Origin: Octopus vulgaris
Taxonomy: Eukaryota
NCBI GenBank assembly: GCA_951406725.2
Contig: OX597821.1
Coordinates: 37,262,001 to 37,326,000 of the forward strand
Length of the DNA stretch: 64,000 nt
Reading direction: 5' to 3'
In this document: positions 37,728-49,868 of the stretch, one piece after another
Position numbering within the stretch: position 1 is the stretch's first letter
How the letters are laid out: each line of letters opens with the position of its first letter
Notes under the pieces: model-generated
What the model saw: only the letters and a program-made list of their open reading frames with translations
Told to the model about the DNA's origin: nothing
Database searches by the model: none
Translations under genes and position numbers: made by a program

Positions 37728-37865
37728 GCTTCAAATGCTCGAAACGCCTATAAAGATTTGCAAGATGAACCACTTCCTGGCTATATGCGACTTGATCATC
37801 AATTTTGTATGTTCAAGAATTATAATTTGACCTACACTTATTATGCAAGCAGGCCTATTATCTAG
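37728..37865 (+). CDS. AMD1: AdoMetDC last coding exon
   Basis: ctttag|GCT...ATC TAG; ASNARNAYKDLQDEPLPGYMRLDHQFCMFKNYNLTYTYYASRPII* resembles human [25 protein letters not shown]. Confidence 0.93.
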   Translation, partial: ASNARNAYKDLQDEPLPGYMRLDHQFCMFKNYNLTYTYYASRPII

Positions 37866-40273
37866 GACTAAGTTGGTTCTGGTAGTTTGAATAGCAATTC
37901 TTTCATTTCCTTTTCTTATCTTTGATATCGAAATCAAAAGAGTAGGCAGATGTTTATTACATTTTTTATTATTACACGGGAATCGGAATACTTCCATAGC
38001 TACAATTTTTAATGTTGAATTAGACTGAAGTTTGAGCTATACATGACTACAGCCATATATATGTCTATATTCTGAATGCAGAGTAAATCTACCCAGAGAT
38101 TTTCTTAAATTTTGTGAAATTGCAGATTAGCAATTCTTCGCAGTCCATAATTCTGGGAACTAATGTAAACTGTACTGTCTCATAGATACAAATCTGTGAA
38201 ATGTGCTTGTAACTTAGACCTATATTTTTGTTTTATCTCGTTTTATAATTTGAAGAGATAAAAAATTATTTGAAGGATGTTCTTTCAAGTTGCTATTATA
38301 TTTATTGTTATGACTTTTTTGTCAGGAAAATTTACACCTTATCTGCAGCATTATAATATTCTGGCTGTTAAATAAGTTTGTGAAATTTATAAATGCCAAG
38401 AATATGAAAAGTGATTTTAAAGGTTCAGTCTTTGCTGGCAAAAACAGTTACTTTTACAATACACACACACACACATGTATGTAAGTATATAGTTATATAA
38501 AATATGTATTGAATAAGAGATTATACACTGGAAAATCTCCACAGGATTGATAACTTTTTTAACATGTCATTAAACTGCATAATATTATTACTTTAATGCC
38601 ATAGCAGATATTTCAGAAATATTCCAGATTAAATGACTTTCACATTCAACGAAATTCATTTAATAACTTATGATGAATTTTGTAAATATTTCAAAGTAGA
38701 CAGTCTTCACATGCGACAGGGAAACAACCGTAGAACAAAATATTTTGTAATGCCATTGAGTTGGTTTTTACATTCTTCCAAATATGTGTGTATATATTTA
38801 TACATACACAACACATATACACATGTCTATATCTACATGTATGAAATTATTTAAGCTGTGTATTTATTTCTGATTGTTTGTGACTTCCTAGTCATACTAT
38901 ATTCAAATTAATGTCTCATTGTCACCAAGTTTGTAATGAAATTAAAATTCTCTGTAAAATATTAAACGAAGAAATTTCAATACAACTAAAATATATTTGA
39001 ATTACTGAACAAGATAAAAAGGCAAACACTAAAAAGAATTTCTAATTTTCATGTCAGGAAATAGAAATTTAAAAGAATTGTTATTTCATTTTTAGATATA
39101 TTTTCCCCTATTTATTGATCTTGTTCTTTTCAAAATATTTCATTTATTCCATTGTTAAATAATTTACAACATTGCAGAAAAGCAAACATTATGAATGTTT
39201 ACATTTTGTTGTTACTATTGTTTTATACTCTTTCTTTTTATTGTTTTCATTTAAAAAAAGTCACTACCTACACAGAATATTGTGTTGAAGATACTGGTCT
39301 TAAAACTTACAATGTCCAACTATTCTAGTCATGGAATAAGGTTGTATTAGAATTTTAACAATATGAGCTGTAAGGAGCCTCTTTTGATAAAGAGGAAGCC
39401 TTGGAGCAGGGGCTGGGGTCAGATAGTCAAATTCTTCCTTATCTTACACAAGAAGGACACGTTGGATATCTAAATAACAATGAAGAGTCTTAGATGCCTT
39501 AAAAGAATAATGGAACAGTTATAGTTGGACTCCTTTTTTTTTTTTTATCATAGGTCTACTTGGTCAGGGTTTATTTGGGCTAAACAGAGGTAGGGGTGGA
39601 CAGAACTCCTACCATCATTGCAATTATTGATACTTCTCAACGAGGATATTAAGAGGAAATTAACTATTACTCTTATCATTGCATTAATATAGCCAAATAC
39701 AATTTATTGTACATATAAAGTTAATCAATGCATTTATATTTTTACTTCTAATATAAACAGGGAAAACCTAGTTAAGTCATTGAGTTTAATGGCTGAGGGT
39801 TAGAGCCCCATGCACCGCCCATTCATTACATCTTCATGCTCTCTTCAGCATGAATTGGATCAGTCAGTTCTGATTTCTTTGCCAAGGGTTGACTCCTTTG
39901 GTCTTCACACTCACAGCCACTCTGGCTTCCTTCAAAAGCTACCAAGCCCCATTGTAGTACTCGGGTAACACCTTCTAGAGGCATACCTCATTCTCATTTT
40001 ACAACACATCAGACACTAAGTCAGTATCATTGCTAGATAATTGTTGGCCCTACATTGGGGTTCATCCGTCCTTTTGATATGTTTCTGTCAGGCTGGCTTT
40101 CTACCGACTCCCCCGCCCCCACCGGCAAGCCTGATGGGGGGACTTGTTTAGTCACTGATGACCTGACCATGCAACACTTAATAACTATAATTTTTTTCCC
40201 TATATAGTGACTTGATTTTAGGACATCATATTCTTTTCATGTACAACAGTTATATGAAGTTGGAAATAACAAA

Positions 40274-40312
40274 AATAAAACATTCTCAATAAAACAGGGA
40301 TTGTGTTTTGTT
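40274..40312 (+). terminator. candidate AMD1 polyadenylation signal
   Basis: AATAAA at 40274-40279 and 40288-40293, followed by GT-rich TTGTGTTTTGTT; first canonical + strand hexamers I found after the stop. Confidence 0.45.
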
Positions 40313-40396
40313 AATTCTAACCCCTGAGTGACATTTTGGATTTCAAGTTTTTCAAATCTTGTTGTACATTACTCCAAATCAATGGTCAACAGACAA

Positions 40397-40402
40397 TTTA
40401 TT
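40397..40402 (-). terminator. candidate ATP6V1E polyadenylation signal
   Basis: AATAAA on minus strand; alternatives at 40802-40807 and 39703-39708. Confidence 0.35.
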
Positions 40403-41213
40403 TTAACATTAGGTTCTTTATATATTTATAAATAAATATATAGAACCAAGCATCAAAATTTTGTTTTTTAACTCAAGAAACTGTGTATATTGATCAAGAT
40501 CATAAACTAATAAAAACTTTATATAAAGTAGTTTTACATTCGTCATCAACAAGACATTAAAAAAAAAAAAAGCAAAATTTTAACCTTGACAGCTGTCTAC
40601 TGTTTGCCTTCTACATGCTGATATATAACTTCATTTACTAACATGCATTTTGTATTAATAACTTATTGTATTTATCTTGAAAATGAATGTTTTTCAACAT
40701 ATGTGCAACATCACAAAAGCTTCGAGAGGAGTATTTTAATTAAATAGCAAAGACAACTAACCATTCATAAAAAATAACACAATTCATATTATTTTAATGA
40801 ATTTATTTTATATTCAAATTTAACAAGTAATGGAATTCAAATGTACCCAAAATTTACAGAAAACAGGAAACCATTCCACCTGTGTAATTATTGCTAATCA
40901 GCTAGAAAATGACTGGAGAAAGAAATATTCACTTTTTACATTTCATTTTACATCAAAAATAAAATAAAAAATAAAATTTGGAATGAACAAAAATCTATAA
41001 TTGAAATCACAACTAGAATTAAAAGTAGGATTGTATGTGATCCAATCAATTTCAAAAACAATGATTAATAATTTTGAGATGTAAGATCTAGAATTAATCA
41101 GACTTTATATTACACGTAAAAAAAAAAAAAAAAAAGTCTCATCTGACTAATGACCCAAACATAATGGAACGCTTTGAAGAATAAAAAAAAACCGATTAAC
41201 TTTAAAAGGATAA

Positions 41214-41276
41214 CTAATTCAAGAATCTGCGATTAACATTCTTCCCAAAAAGTATTTCTCTCAATTGTGGCAACAT
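41214..41276 (-). CDS. ATP6V1E: V-ATPase subunit E last coding exon
   Basis: ttcag|ATG...TAG; MLPQLREILFGKNVNRRFLN* matches human [20 protein letters not shown]. Confidence 0.95.
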   Translation of the reverse strand: MLPQLREILFGKNVNRRFLN

Positions 41277-41384
41277 CTGAAAGAAGAAAAAATATTGGGA
41301 ACAAAGGTCAATAGAAAATATATCAATCAAAAGACATCAGAAATTAGAGTGATGTCAATGCAAAAGTTATACTATGTGTGTGAG

Positions 41385-42890
41385 ATCATCATTTAATGTT
41401 TGTTTTCCAAGGTAAAAAAAACTGTCAAATACAACTTCCATCATTGACCACTTTCCTGATAACATTTAAAAAAAAAAATGAAATGCTAACCTCCATCTCA
41501 ACAATCACTGACCATCATCACTGTCATTTTATGGAGAGCTGTATCAGGCTCAGCCTGATTTGCCATGGTTTCTACGGCTGGATGCCCTTCCTAATACCCA
41601 ACCACTTTACAGTGGCACCGGCATAGGACTCTTGCAGGCCAAACCTGGTGGGTGTTAGTGGGGTTAACACTGAGTACAATCTTCTTGAGCACAGCAAGGC
41701 ATTAGGTACCTTGGTCATTTCATTTGAAAAATTCTGTGTCCTGAGGTCATCCTTCAGTACTTTGTCCCATGTCTTCCTGGGTCTCCCTTCTTCCATGTGT
41801 CCAATTTACTTTGAGAGACCGACACTTCTTTATGCAACTGTCGGCATCCATCAACATAACATGAACCAGTGCATTCTTCTCTCTTGCACACAGCAACCAA
41901 TTCCTCTTATGCCTAACTTCTCTCTCAAAACATTTGCACTCTGTCAAACAGGTACACTTACATTACACATCCAGTGGAGCATACTAGCCTCATTCCTCTC
42001 CAAACTTTGCATGTCCTCAGCATTCAGTAACCACATCTCACTACCATGTAAAATTGCTGTCCATATACATGTGTCATACAATCTTCCTTACACTCAAAGA
42101 GTGAAACCTCTCATAGCCAACAGAGGTAAAAAGCTCTCTGAATTTCCTCCATCCTATTCAACCTATTACACTCTCTGTGCATCCTTCCCCACAACTAATC
42201 TGGTCTTCTAGGCAGCAAAAATGATCCACTACTTCTAACGAGCCACCAGGGCATTTGAGAGCATCAATTTCCCCAGGATCTGTAGTTTCTATGGATCCTG
42301 TGTATCTTCCACATATAAATAGTACTTTCTCTGATAACTTCTGATTAACCCTCTGCACATCTTGTGTGTCCATACCTTACACTGGGTACACCATATGGAG
42401 TTCCTGCCTACACCTTCCCTACAAATTGAGCAGGGCCACCTACCTGAAGTGGGTAGGGTCCTGCCTGTTTTCTTTCTTACTAAGACCTTAGTCTTTTCGA
42501 TATATTAACCTTAAGGACCTTAGATTCCAGGTTTTGCTTCCATATCTGGAATTTCTCTTCTAGCTCTGGTATGGAATCTGCTATGAGGGCAAGATCACCA
42601 TCATACAGTAGTTCCCAGGGGCTGCTGGTCTTGAATTCCTCTGTTATGGCCTGGAGGACAATGATGAAAAGGAGGAGACTGAGGACTGAGCCTTGATGAA
42701 CCCCCACCTATACTTGTTAACTCTCTCACCTTACAGACCCTAACCATTACAGCTTTCACAAACTATTCAGCTGACCTTGAGCCCACCATATCACACAGCA
42801 GGGTACTCTATCGAAAGCTTTCTCTAGATCAACAAATGCCAAGTATAATGGTTTATTCTTAGCTAAGTACTTCTCTTGCAGTTGCCTGAC
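41385..42890 (-). mobile_element. RTE-clade LINE fragment
   Basis: GVHQGSVLSLLLF, PWELLYDGDL (YADD-derived), GRPRKTW. Confidence 0.88.
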
Positions 42891-43135
42891 TATGAAGCCA
42901 AACTGCATTTTGTCTTGCCAAATTCTGCTCCAACGATTAATAGCTCATTCTTTTTTTTCCTTTCTTTTAATTTTCTGAAGCAGGTTAAAAATTTCATATT
43001 CCCAAAATATTTGATATGAAATAGAAAATCACATGAAGGGATATCATATTTGTTATGTGTATAATAGGGTTGCAATAAAACAAAAACAAATGAACCTAAA
43101 ACAGGTGATGCAGTAAAGTAAATAAGTTCTGTTAC

Positions 43136-43223
43136 CTGTTGGCTAATGAGATCAAGTCTTTTGTCCAAAGTATTGACAACTTTGATTTTTCCTTGTTGGG
43201 CAAAGACTTCCACTCCACCAGAT
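43136..43223 (-). CDS. ATP6V1E: V-ATPase subunit E exon
   Basis: 88 nt, AG/GT flanks; (V)SGGVEVFAQQGKIKVVNTLDKRLDLISQQ. Confidence 0.97.
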
Positions 43224-43625
43224 CTAAAGAAAAAAAAAAGAATACTAATTATATGTGGTACAATTATAAATTAATTAGTTAAGATCAGACCAACATAATT
43301 AATGTAGGAGGTTGGAGAAGAGTAGGATGTGAGATTTACAAATTAATAAGAGGTGAGTGAGCTCAGGGTTGCAGTGAAGTCTGTGAATGTTAGAGAAAGG
43401 AGGGATGGAAGAAAGAGAGAGGCCAGTGGATTTAGTTCTAGATTTTGGCATCTTGGTCAAGTGTTGAAGATGATGGTGCATCAAGAGGTTACAGGGATCC
43501 CCTACCAGAACCAAGTGCTTACCATAAGAGTCTAGAGCTGATGTTAAACTGGGCAGAATGATGTACCTAACTTCCAGAAAAAAAAAAATGAAGCAAAACA
43601 CGAGAGAGGACAACATTTCTAACGA

Positions 43626-43858
43626 CTGTTGTGTCTGGGGAGAGTCATTTTCTTTTTGTGCCTTATAATATAACATACACACACAGGTAAAATTTCCACT
43701 TTTTTTCTTTTTATATTCCTAAAATTTTCGTTGCATCTTGCAACCTTTTCAATAGTTTTGACTCTCGCACAAAAAGAAAATGACTCTCCCCAGACACAAC
43801 AGAATATGCTTCAACACACGAACTCATATAAAGAATCTTGCAAACCAAATCCAAAAAC
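43626..43858. mobile_element. Penelope-like fold-back insert
   Basis: perfect 36-bp inverted arms 43626-43661 / 43767-43802, internal hammerhead-like motif, tail shared with 30373-30425. Confidence 0.6.
43719..43755 (-). ncRNA. minimal hammerhead-like motif (U3-A8 variant)
   Basis: CUA-UUGAAAAG-[GUUGCA AGA UGCAAC]-GAAAAUUU-UAG. Confidence 0.5.
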
Positions 43859-44157
43859 AAAATATTTCTGATGACATTATATTAAAAGAATGGAGACTGA
43901 AGGCAATATATGGAGAAAGGATGAATATGTAGTTTTGGACATGGAATATGAATGCTTTAATACATGCTGGATGAAAAATAATCCTCAGCTGGTAATGGTT
44001 TAATTTCTATAAGATTCAAGTAAGATTTAAGAAAATGTATGTGGGTCGTATCAGAATGCTTGATGAATGGAATGATGCAGCAATGTAAAGCTTTCAAACC
44101 CATGACAATAGATTTTGATGCAAAAGCATAAAATCTGAATTATATTCAAATACTTAC

Positions 44158-44252
44158 ACTGAACTGGATAGAAAACTATCTGTACTGATAGTTACTTTTA
44201 CATCTTTGTAAGTAGCAGCCTTGAAGTTCTCTTGACACTGAGGTAAAACTTC
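44158..44252 (-). CDS. ATP6V1E: V-ATPase subunit E exon
   Basis: 95 nt, ttttcaag|GAA...GT|gtaagt; EVLPQCQENFKAATYKDVKVTISTDSFLSSS(V). Confidence 0.92.
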
Positions 44253-44344
44253 CTTGAAAATGAAATAAAAATAAAAAAAAATGTAAAAAGAAAAGAGAAG
44301 CTGGAATTGTTTTTTTTTTGTTTCTCAAAATAAGTTTAGTGAAT

Positions 44345-44930
44345 CCTAAGTTGAAATGAAGTGGTAGACCCAGAAAAACATGGGACAAAGTGGTAAAGCA
44401 TGATCTTTGAACTTTCAGCCTCACAAAGGCAATGACTAGCGACCAAGATCTTTGGCGATATGCTGTGCTTGAGAAGACTCATCAAACCAAGTGAAATCGT
44501 TGTCATGTAACTGGCATCCATGCCGGTGACATGTAAAGAACACAATTCAAGCGCTGGGCCTCATGGAGGCAAAGTGGCCGAGTTCCTTTCAAGCGCTGGG
44601 CCTCATGGAGGCAAAGTGGCCGAGTTCCTTTCAAGCGCTGGGCCCCACGGAGGCAAAGTGGCTGAGCTCCTTTTGAGTGTTAGGCCTCATGGAGGCAATT
44701 GACTGAGACCTTTGGCATTATGTTGTGCTAGAGAAGACCCATCAAGCCGAGTAAAATCGCAGTTGTGGCAGAAACTGGTGTCATGCAAATTGGCTCCCAT
44801 TACACTCTCAGAGTGGTGAGTGTTAGGAAAGGTATCCAGTTGCAGAAAACCATGCCAAATCAGACTGGAGTCCGGTGCAGCCTTCCAGGTTTACCAGTCC
44901 TGGTTAAACCAACCAACCCATGCTAGCAAG
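44345..44930 (+). mobile_element. RTE 3' end with a 42-bp minisatellite (44547-44700)
   Basis: GRPRKTWDKV ORF end, then ~4 copies of TCAAGCGCTGGGCCTCATGGAGGCAAAGTGGCCGAGTTCCTT; same unit at 4795-4880. Confidence 0.82.
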
Positions 44931-45048
44931 GAAGTTTTAATAGAAAAAATACATGTTCAAAGAACAATGGTGTGATCAATATGAATTAATGGTATTTAAA
45001 ATAAAACACACACAAAAGCACCAATTGCACTTTTGTCATCATCATCAT

Positions 45049-45786
45049 CAAGGCAGAGAGCTGGCAGAATCGTTAGCACCACCGAGCAAAATGCTTAGTG
45101 GTGTTCTGTCCGTTCTTATGCACTGAAATCAACTTTGCCTTTCAGCCTTTTGGGGGTCAATAAAATAAATAACAGTTGATTACTGGGGTTGATGTAATCG
45201 ACTTGACCCTTGCCCCCAATTGCAGGCCTTGTGCCAGAATTTGAAATCATTACCATTATTATTTAGGCAGCAAGGATGGCAGAATCATTAGCATGCCAGA
45301 CAAAATGCTTACCATCATTTCATCCATCTTCATGTCCTGAGCTCAGATTTTGCCTTTCATCCTTCTGGGGTTGATGAAATAAGTACAAGTATTGGGGCTC
45401 ATGTAATTGGCTGGCCCCTCCCCACAAAAAATTTCTGGCCTTGTGCTTATAGTAGAAAGGATTATTATTATACAACTAAAACTACTTATGGTACTCCGAT
45501 ACAATGACTCTCAGTTCTGCAATTCATATATAAAAAAACCTTTTGTGAATTAGCTGCTCATTAAACATCTGCAATTTCTATTCTAGGCAGAAGGCCTAAC
45601 ATTTTGAGGGAAGTAGGCCAGTCCATTACACTGACCCCCAATACTCAACTGGTACTTATTCTGTTAATTCCAAAAAGATAAATGGCAATTGACCTTGGCA
45701 GAATTTTAAAACTCAGAATCTAAAGATGGACAAAACGCGGCTAAGAATTTGAACCTGTTGTGCTAATGGTTTTGCCAGCTTGCCAT
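45049..45786. mobile_element. cluster of three SINE copies (two +, one -), same family
   Basis: copies at ~45049-45250, ~45265-45470 and ~45575-45786. Confidence 0.75.
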
Positions 45787-46179
45787 AATCTTTTACATTT
45801 GTTTTTCCATGCTACGTATTGCTGAGGTATTGTTCTATAACTAGATGCTCTTCCTGTCACTAATCCTTACCTGTTTTCAAGATATTCCTAAGATCTGAAT
45901 TATACAAAGCAGAAACAAACACAAGGGGAAATATTTTGAACCAAATTTATTTTTGTAAAATAATTGGAAATCAAATTAGTGCGGTGCCTTTATGTCTATT
46001 ATAGATTTGACTGAGATAGAGGCCTACAAATGAAATTTTAGAAATATTTCATTTCTAACAGTTGCAAAAGAAAATTAAAAAAAAATCAAATAATAAATTA
46101 ACTGCAATAGTTGTAATTAACAAAACATGGTACCATCCACTAATGAGAACAAATAAATGAATGAAAAGCTATAACTGAC

Positions 46180-46248
46180 CTTGACTGAATTTACATCTTG
46201 TTCACGGCATTTGATAATTACATTAGTCTCAAGAAGTTGGAATAGAGC
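46180..46248 (-). CDS. ATP6V1E: V-ATPase subunit E exon
   Basis: 69 nt; ALFQLLETNVIIKCREQDVNSVK matches human [23 protein letters not shown]. Confidence 0.96.
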
Positions 46249-47104
46249 CTGAAAAAAATGTGTTAAAAACTGACATTTAGAAAATAGCTTTTATAAGAAA
46301 TGTAAAAATTTAGAATTTATGTTAAAATAGAAATTTTGGATATTAGAATAATTCACAAATATGCAATTGAAACTTAATGACAAAACTTTCAAATGTTTTA
46401 TTGAGAAGTGTGATCACATCATACTAGGCCCAACCACAGATAACAGACTCTCCTATAAGAGAAGGTCACCAGCCTTAGGAGGGCAGCAGATTGTCACATA
46501 ACCTTCTAATGTATTTCTTTCAACAAGGATGATGATCTGTCTGTATATCTATGTGTATATATGCATGTTTATGAAAAGAAATATAAAAAACATGAAGTGC
46601 ATGGATACAGACGATATAGTAAGCAAACCCAAATACACACAAACAGTAGCTTCACAAACAACAACCACAACTGCATGAACAAACACAGAAAGATACAAGA
46701 ACAATATCAAATTAAGGTTAAGAACAGCAGCAACAGAAGAGAAAATGTAAGGGTGGTGGTGGTGGTCAACATATCAAATACTAAGAACAACGACTATGTA
46801 AAGGACACAGATACAAACAGTGTAGTGGGCAAGCCCATATACACACACACACACACACAGATACAAACATGCACAGATCAGGATACACATCATAGGAGGG
46901 AATGGACTGGGTGGAGGAGGAGGAGGATACATGAGGATGGAAAAGACCACTGAAGAGGTCACAGATGTCTTAGGAAAGATTTCCAGACAATGGATACAAG
47001 ATAGAATAAGAACAACAAGAAATGAGTGAAGAATGAATATATAGTTTATGTGTTTGTTCGGAAAAATAAAATAAAATGACCATCCTGACATATGACAATA
47101 TATA

Positions 47105-48600
47105 CATCATCATCATCGTTCAATGTCCACCTCCCACATTGTCATGAATGCATCATCGTTTAATGTCCACTTTCCATGTTGGCAAGCTGGAAAACTGCAC
47201 TCGGCTCTAGTCGACTGTTTTGCTTTGTTCCTATGGCTGGATGCTCTTCCTAACACCAACTACTTTACAAAGTGTGTTGGGTGATTTCTGTATGTGCTAC
47301 CAGAATGAGTACCTTTTATGTGTCACTGGCACAGGCAGCAATGACCACAATTCACTGAGCGTGACGTCTTCTCAAGCATAGTAAATCACCAGAAGTCTCA
47401 GTTAACTGTGATGCTCAACAACCAAAAATCATATTCCACCACCTTGTCCCACATTTTCCTGGGTCTACTTTTCCACAGATTCCCTTCACAATTAGAGCTC
47501 AGCACTTCTTCATGCAGCTGTCCTCATCCATACACATTACAGTGGGGGGAAATAAATATTCGTACATGTCAAAATTATTTATTTATTTAATTTCTAATGA
47601 ACATAAATGGGTTATACCAATATTATATTTGCATACACACATACATAAACTAAGAATATGCAAAAGAAACTAATAAATTATAGTAACTAATGAATTTATA
47701 CACAATTATTAATATTTAGGGGTGAAAAAAGTATTCGTACTTTGTTTCTTGGAATCCTTCTAGCTTGAAATCTGAAGTCACTAACAACTAGCCTATATTG
47801 AGGAGTGCAATCTTCATCTGGGAAGGAATTTGCATTTACAAGCAGCCATCTTTCCTGCTTTCTGGTGAGAATGTAGTCAATCAGGCTTGTATGGCCACCA
47901 GATTGATGAGTGAACAGGTGACCGACTGGTTTCCTGAAGTTAGTATTGCAGATCATAAGGTCATTTGCATCACAGAACTCCAGAAGCCTAGTTCCATACT
48001 CATTGCAGGAACCAACTCCACAGAAGCCACCTGGATGCTGTCCAACATGTTCATTGAAGTCACTGACCATGAAGAGAAGGTCACTGTCATTTGTGACAAG
48101 TTAGTGTGCAAAAGGGTGTCCTAAAATCGATCTTTCTGTTCATCTGGCAGCCCCAGCTGAGGAGCATAGGCAGAAATAATAATTGTTACTCCACTTTGCA
48201 ACACTGGTCTAAGTTTAGGTATCATATCAGACATTCTGTACCTCAATTGCCTTAACCCATTTCTCAGCAAAAAAGTATGCTCATGTCACCAACCCCATTA
48301 CTATTTTATACCTATGTCCTTTGCCTGTAAGGAACCTAGCAGAAGCTGCCCTTTGCCTTACCCCTTGGATGCAACACACATCTACATGCCTTCGCTCCGG
48401 CATCTCAACTATCTCATCAGACCTACTTTTCAATTCTGCAAAATGTTGAGTGTACCAACTCTAAGGGGGAGAAAGTGGTGTCAAGAGGAGATATGAGAAT
48501 GGTGGGCAGCATCCTACATCTGAAAAGAAGGTTTGCCAGACATATAAATTTCATTCTACATTCATTTCACCATCACTCATTCAGTTCACACTTGCCATGT
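47105..48600 (-). mobile_element. RTE-clade LINE pieces (endonuclease domain plus 3' end) on either side of a Tc1 end
   Basis: DFNEHVG, GTRLLEFC..NDLMICNT.F, IDYIL in ORF 47696-48070; CAT-tail end at ~47105. Confidence 0.85.
47540..47740 (+). mobile_element. solo Tc1 IR/DR-type terminal repeat
   Basis: TA|CAGTGGGGGGAAATAAATATTCGTAC with inner direct repeat GGGGTGAAAAAAAGTATTCGTAC about 180 bp later. Confidence 0.6.
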
Positions 48601-48734
48601 TTACCAGAGAAAGAAAGAGCAGGGTGTGGTATAAAGCTATTGCTTACATAAAGCTAAAGTAAAGGTGATAATTAACCCACTAGCAAGAGCACTTGACATA
48701 TTTCCGATGCTACCTTTGCGTTTTTTATATTGTA

Positions 48735-49500
48735 CTAGCCTGAGTACCCAGCGTTGCTCAGAAGTTTAAAGAATGTTAAAGGAAGTAAATATATTTATTC
48801 TGATATAAAAGATATTTTCAGAAAAATTCTATCAGATGACGCTAATATAAAGTTATTAAAACAAATCCTGAAATCAATCACAGTCTAATGTTTTCAGTGT
48901 GTCCTTTAGTTGGTGTACAAAGAAAAAAAGTTTTGGGACTTCCAACTAACAAACATCCTACATATAATTGCCCATGAGAGAAGCAAGGTTAAGTCCAACA
49001 ATGCTGAGAGAGATTGTGCTTGAGAGTTGTTTATGGACATAACAAAACTTAGTTTCACTGGGAACTGGAGCCGTTTAAATTCATAGGGGAGATCAGATGG
49101 AATTAATGGGATCCATGGAATGAAGACATCATCACCCTTATTTTTCCTAAGAGAAATGAATTTTGGCAGTAAGACTAAACCTCATGTTTCGTTATCACAA
49201 TTAAAAGTGTTTATCTTTACTTAAAAAAAAAAAAAAAAAAAAAAAGGAAAGAGGTGGGGTCGTTGACAAATGACAGAGAATTATTCAATATTGTGTTTAC
49301 TTCTATCAGAATCATTTACCTTTAAAGCGGAAAAAACAAAACCAACATATACGACAGGTATGTAAAACACATTTCTGTTTTTGAAAAAAAAAAAAAGTTT
49401 AAAATTTAGTGACTCCATTTCCCCAAGTAATGAAAAACCTTCATGCCAAATTTAGTTCAGATTGATCAGGTGGTTTGGCCATGCAGAACAATAGGCTGTA
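48735..49500 (-). mobile_element. Helitron/Helentron remnant with PIF1-helicase C-terminus
   Basis: minus strand 49140-48930: GDDVFIPWIPLIPSDLPYEFKRLQFPVKLSFVMSINNSQAQSL/.../FSHGQLYVGC. Confidence 0.85.
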
Positions 49501-49655
49501 TGGCTAGGGAGAAATTGTAGATTCATCTATCTATTCCATTATAATTTACTGTTCTACTCTACTTCAGGCTCTTCTCTATTGTTCTTATGTAAATATTTCG
49601 AGTCACAAAATTCCTCCCTAAAGCATACTGCTGTCTAAGATGAAAACTTTTTTAC

Positions 49656-49745
49656 CTGTGTAATGAGTCCTTCAAGAATACCTCTGTAACGGTGTTTATC
49701 ATTTGTCACCTGCCCAAGACGACGACGAGCTTCTTCTAAAACGTC
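49656..49745 (-). CDS. ATP6V1E: V-ATPase subunit E exon
   Basis: 90 nt; DVLEEARRRLGQVTNDKHRYRGILEGLITQ. Confidence 0.96.
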
Positions 49746-49868
49746 CTAGAAATAAGAGAAAATATTTAAGACAATCTGCATTATTATAACAATTATACAA
49801 TTACAACTATCTTCTATACGGCCTGGTTGTCTTAGATCACACAATTTTATTCTAAATCCTCTTGGCTT

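Noticed and set aside
37863-37871. Stop-codon readthrough tail as reported for vertebrate AMD1
   Set aside because: TAG is followed by GAC TAA, so no extended ORF exists.
44547-44700. 42-bp repeats as a CRISPR array or repeat protein (SSAGPHGGKVAEFL)n
   Set aside because: No unique spacers, eukaryotic context; it is a minisatellite in an RTE 3' UTR, also seen at 4795-4880.
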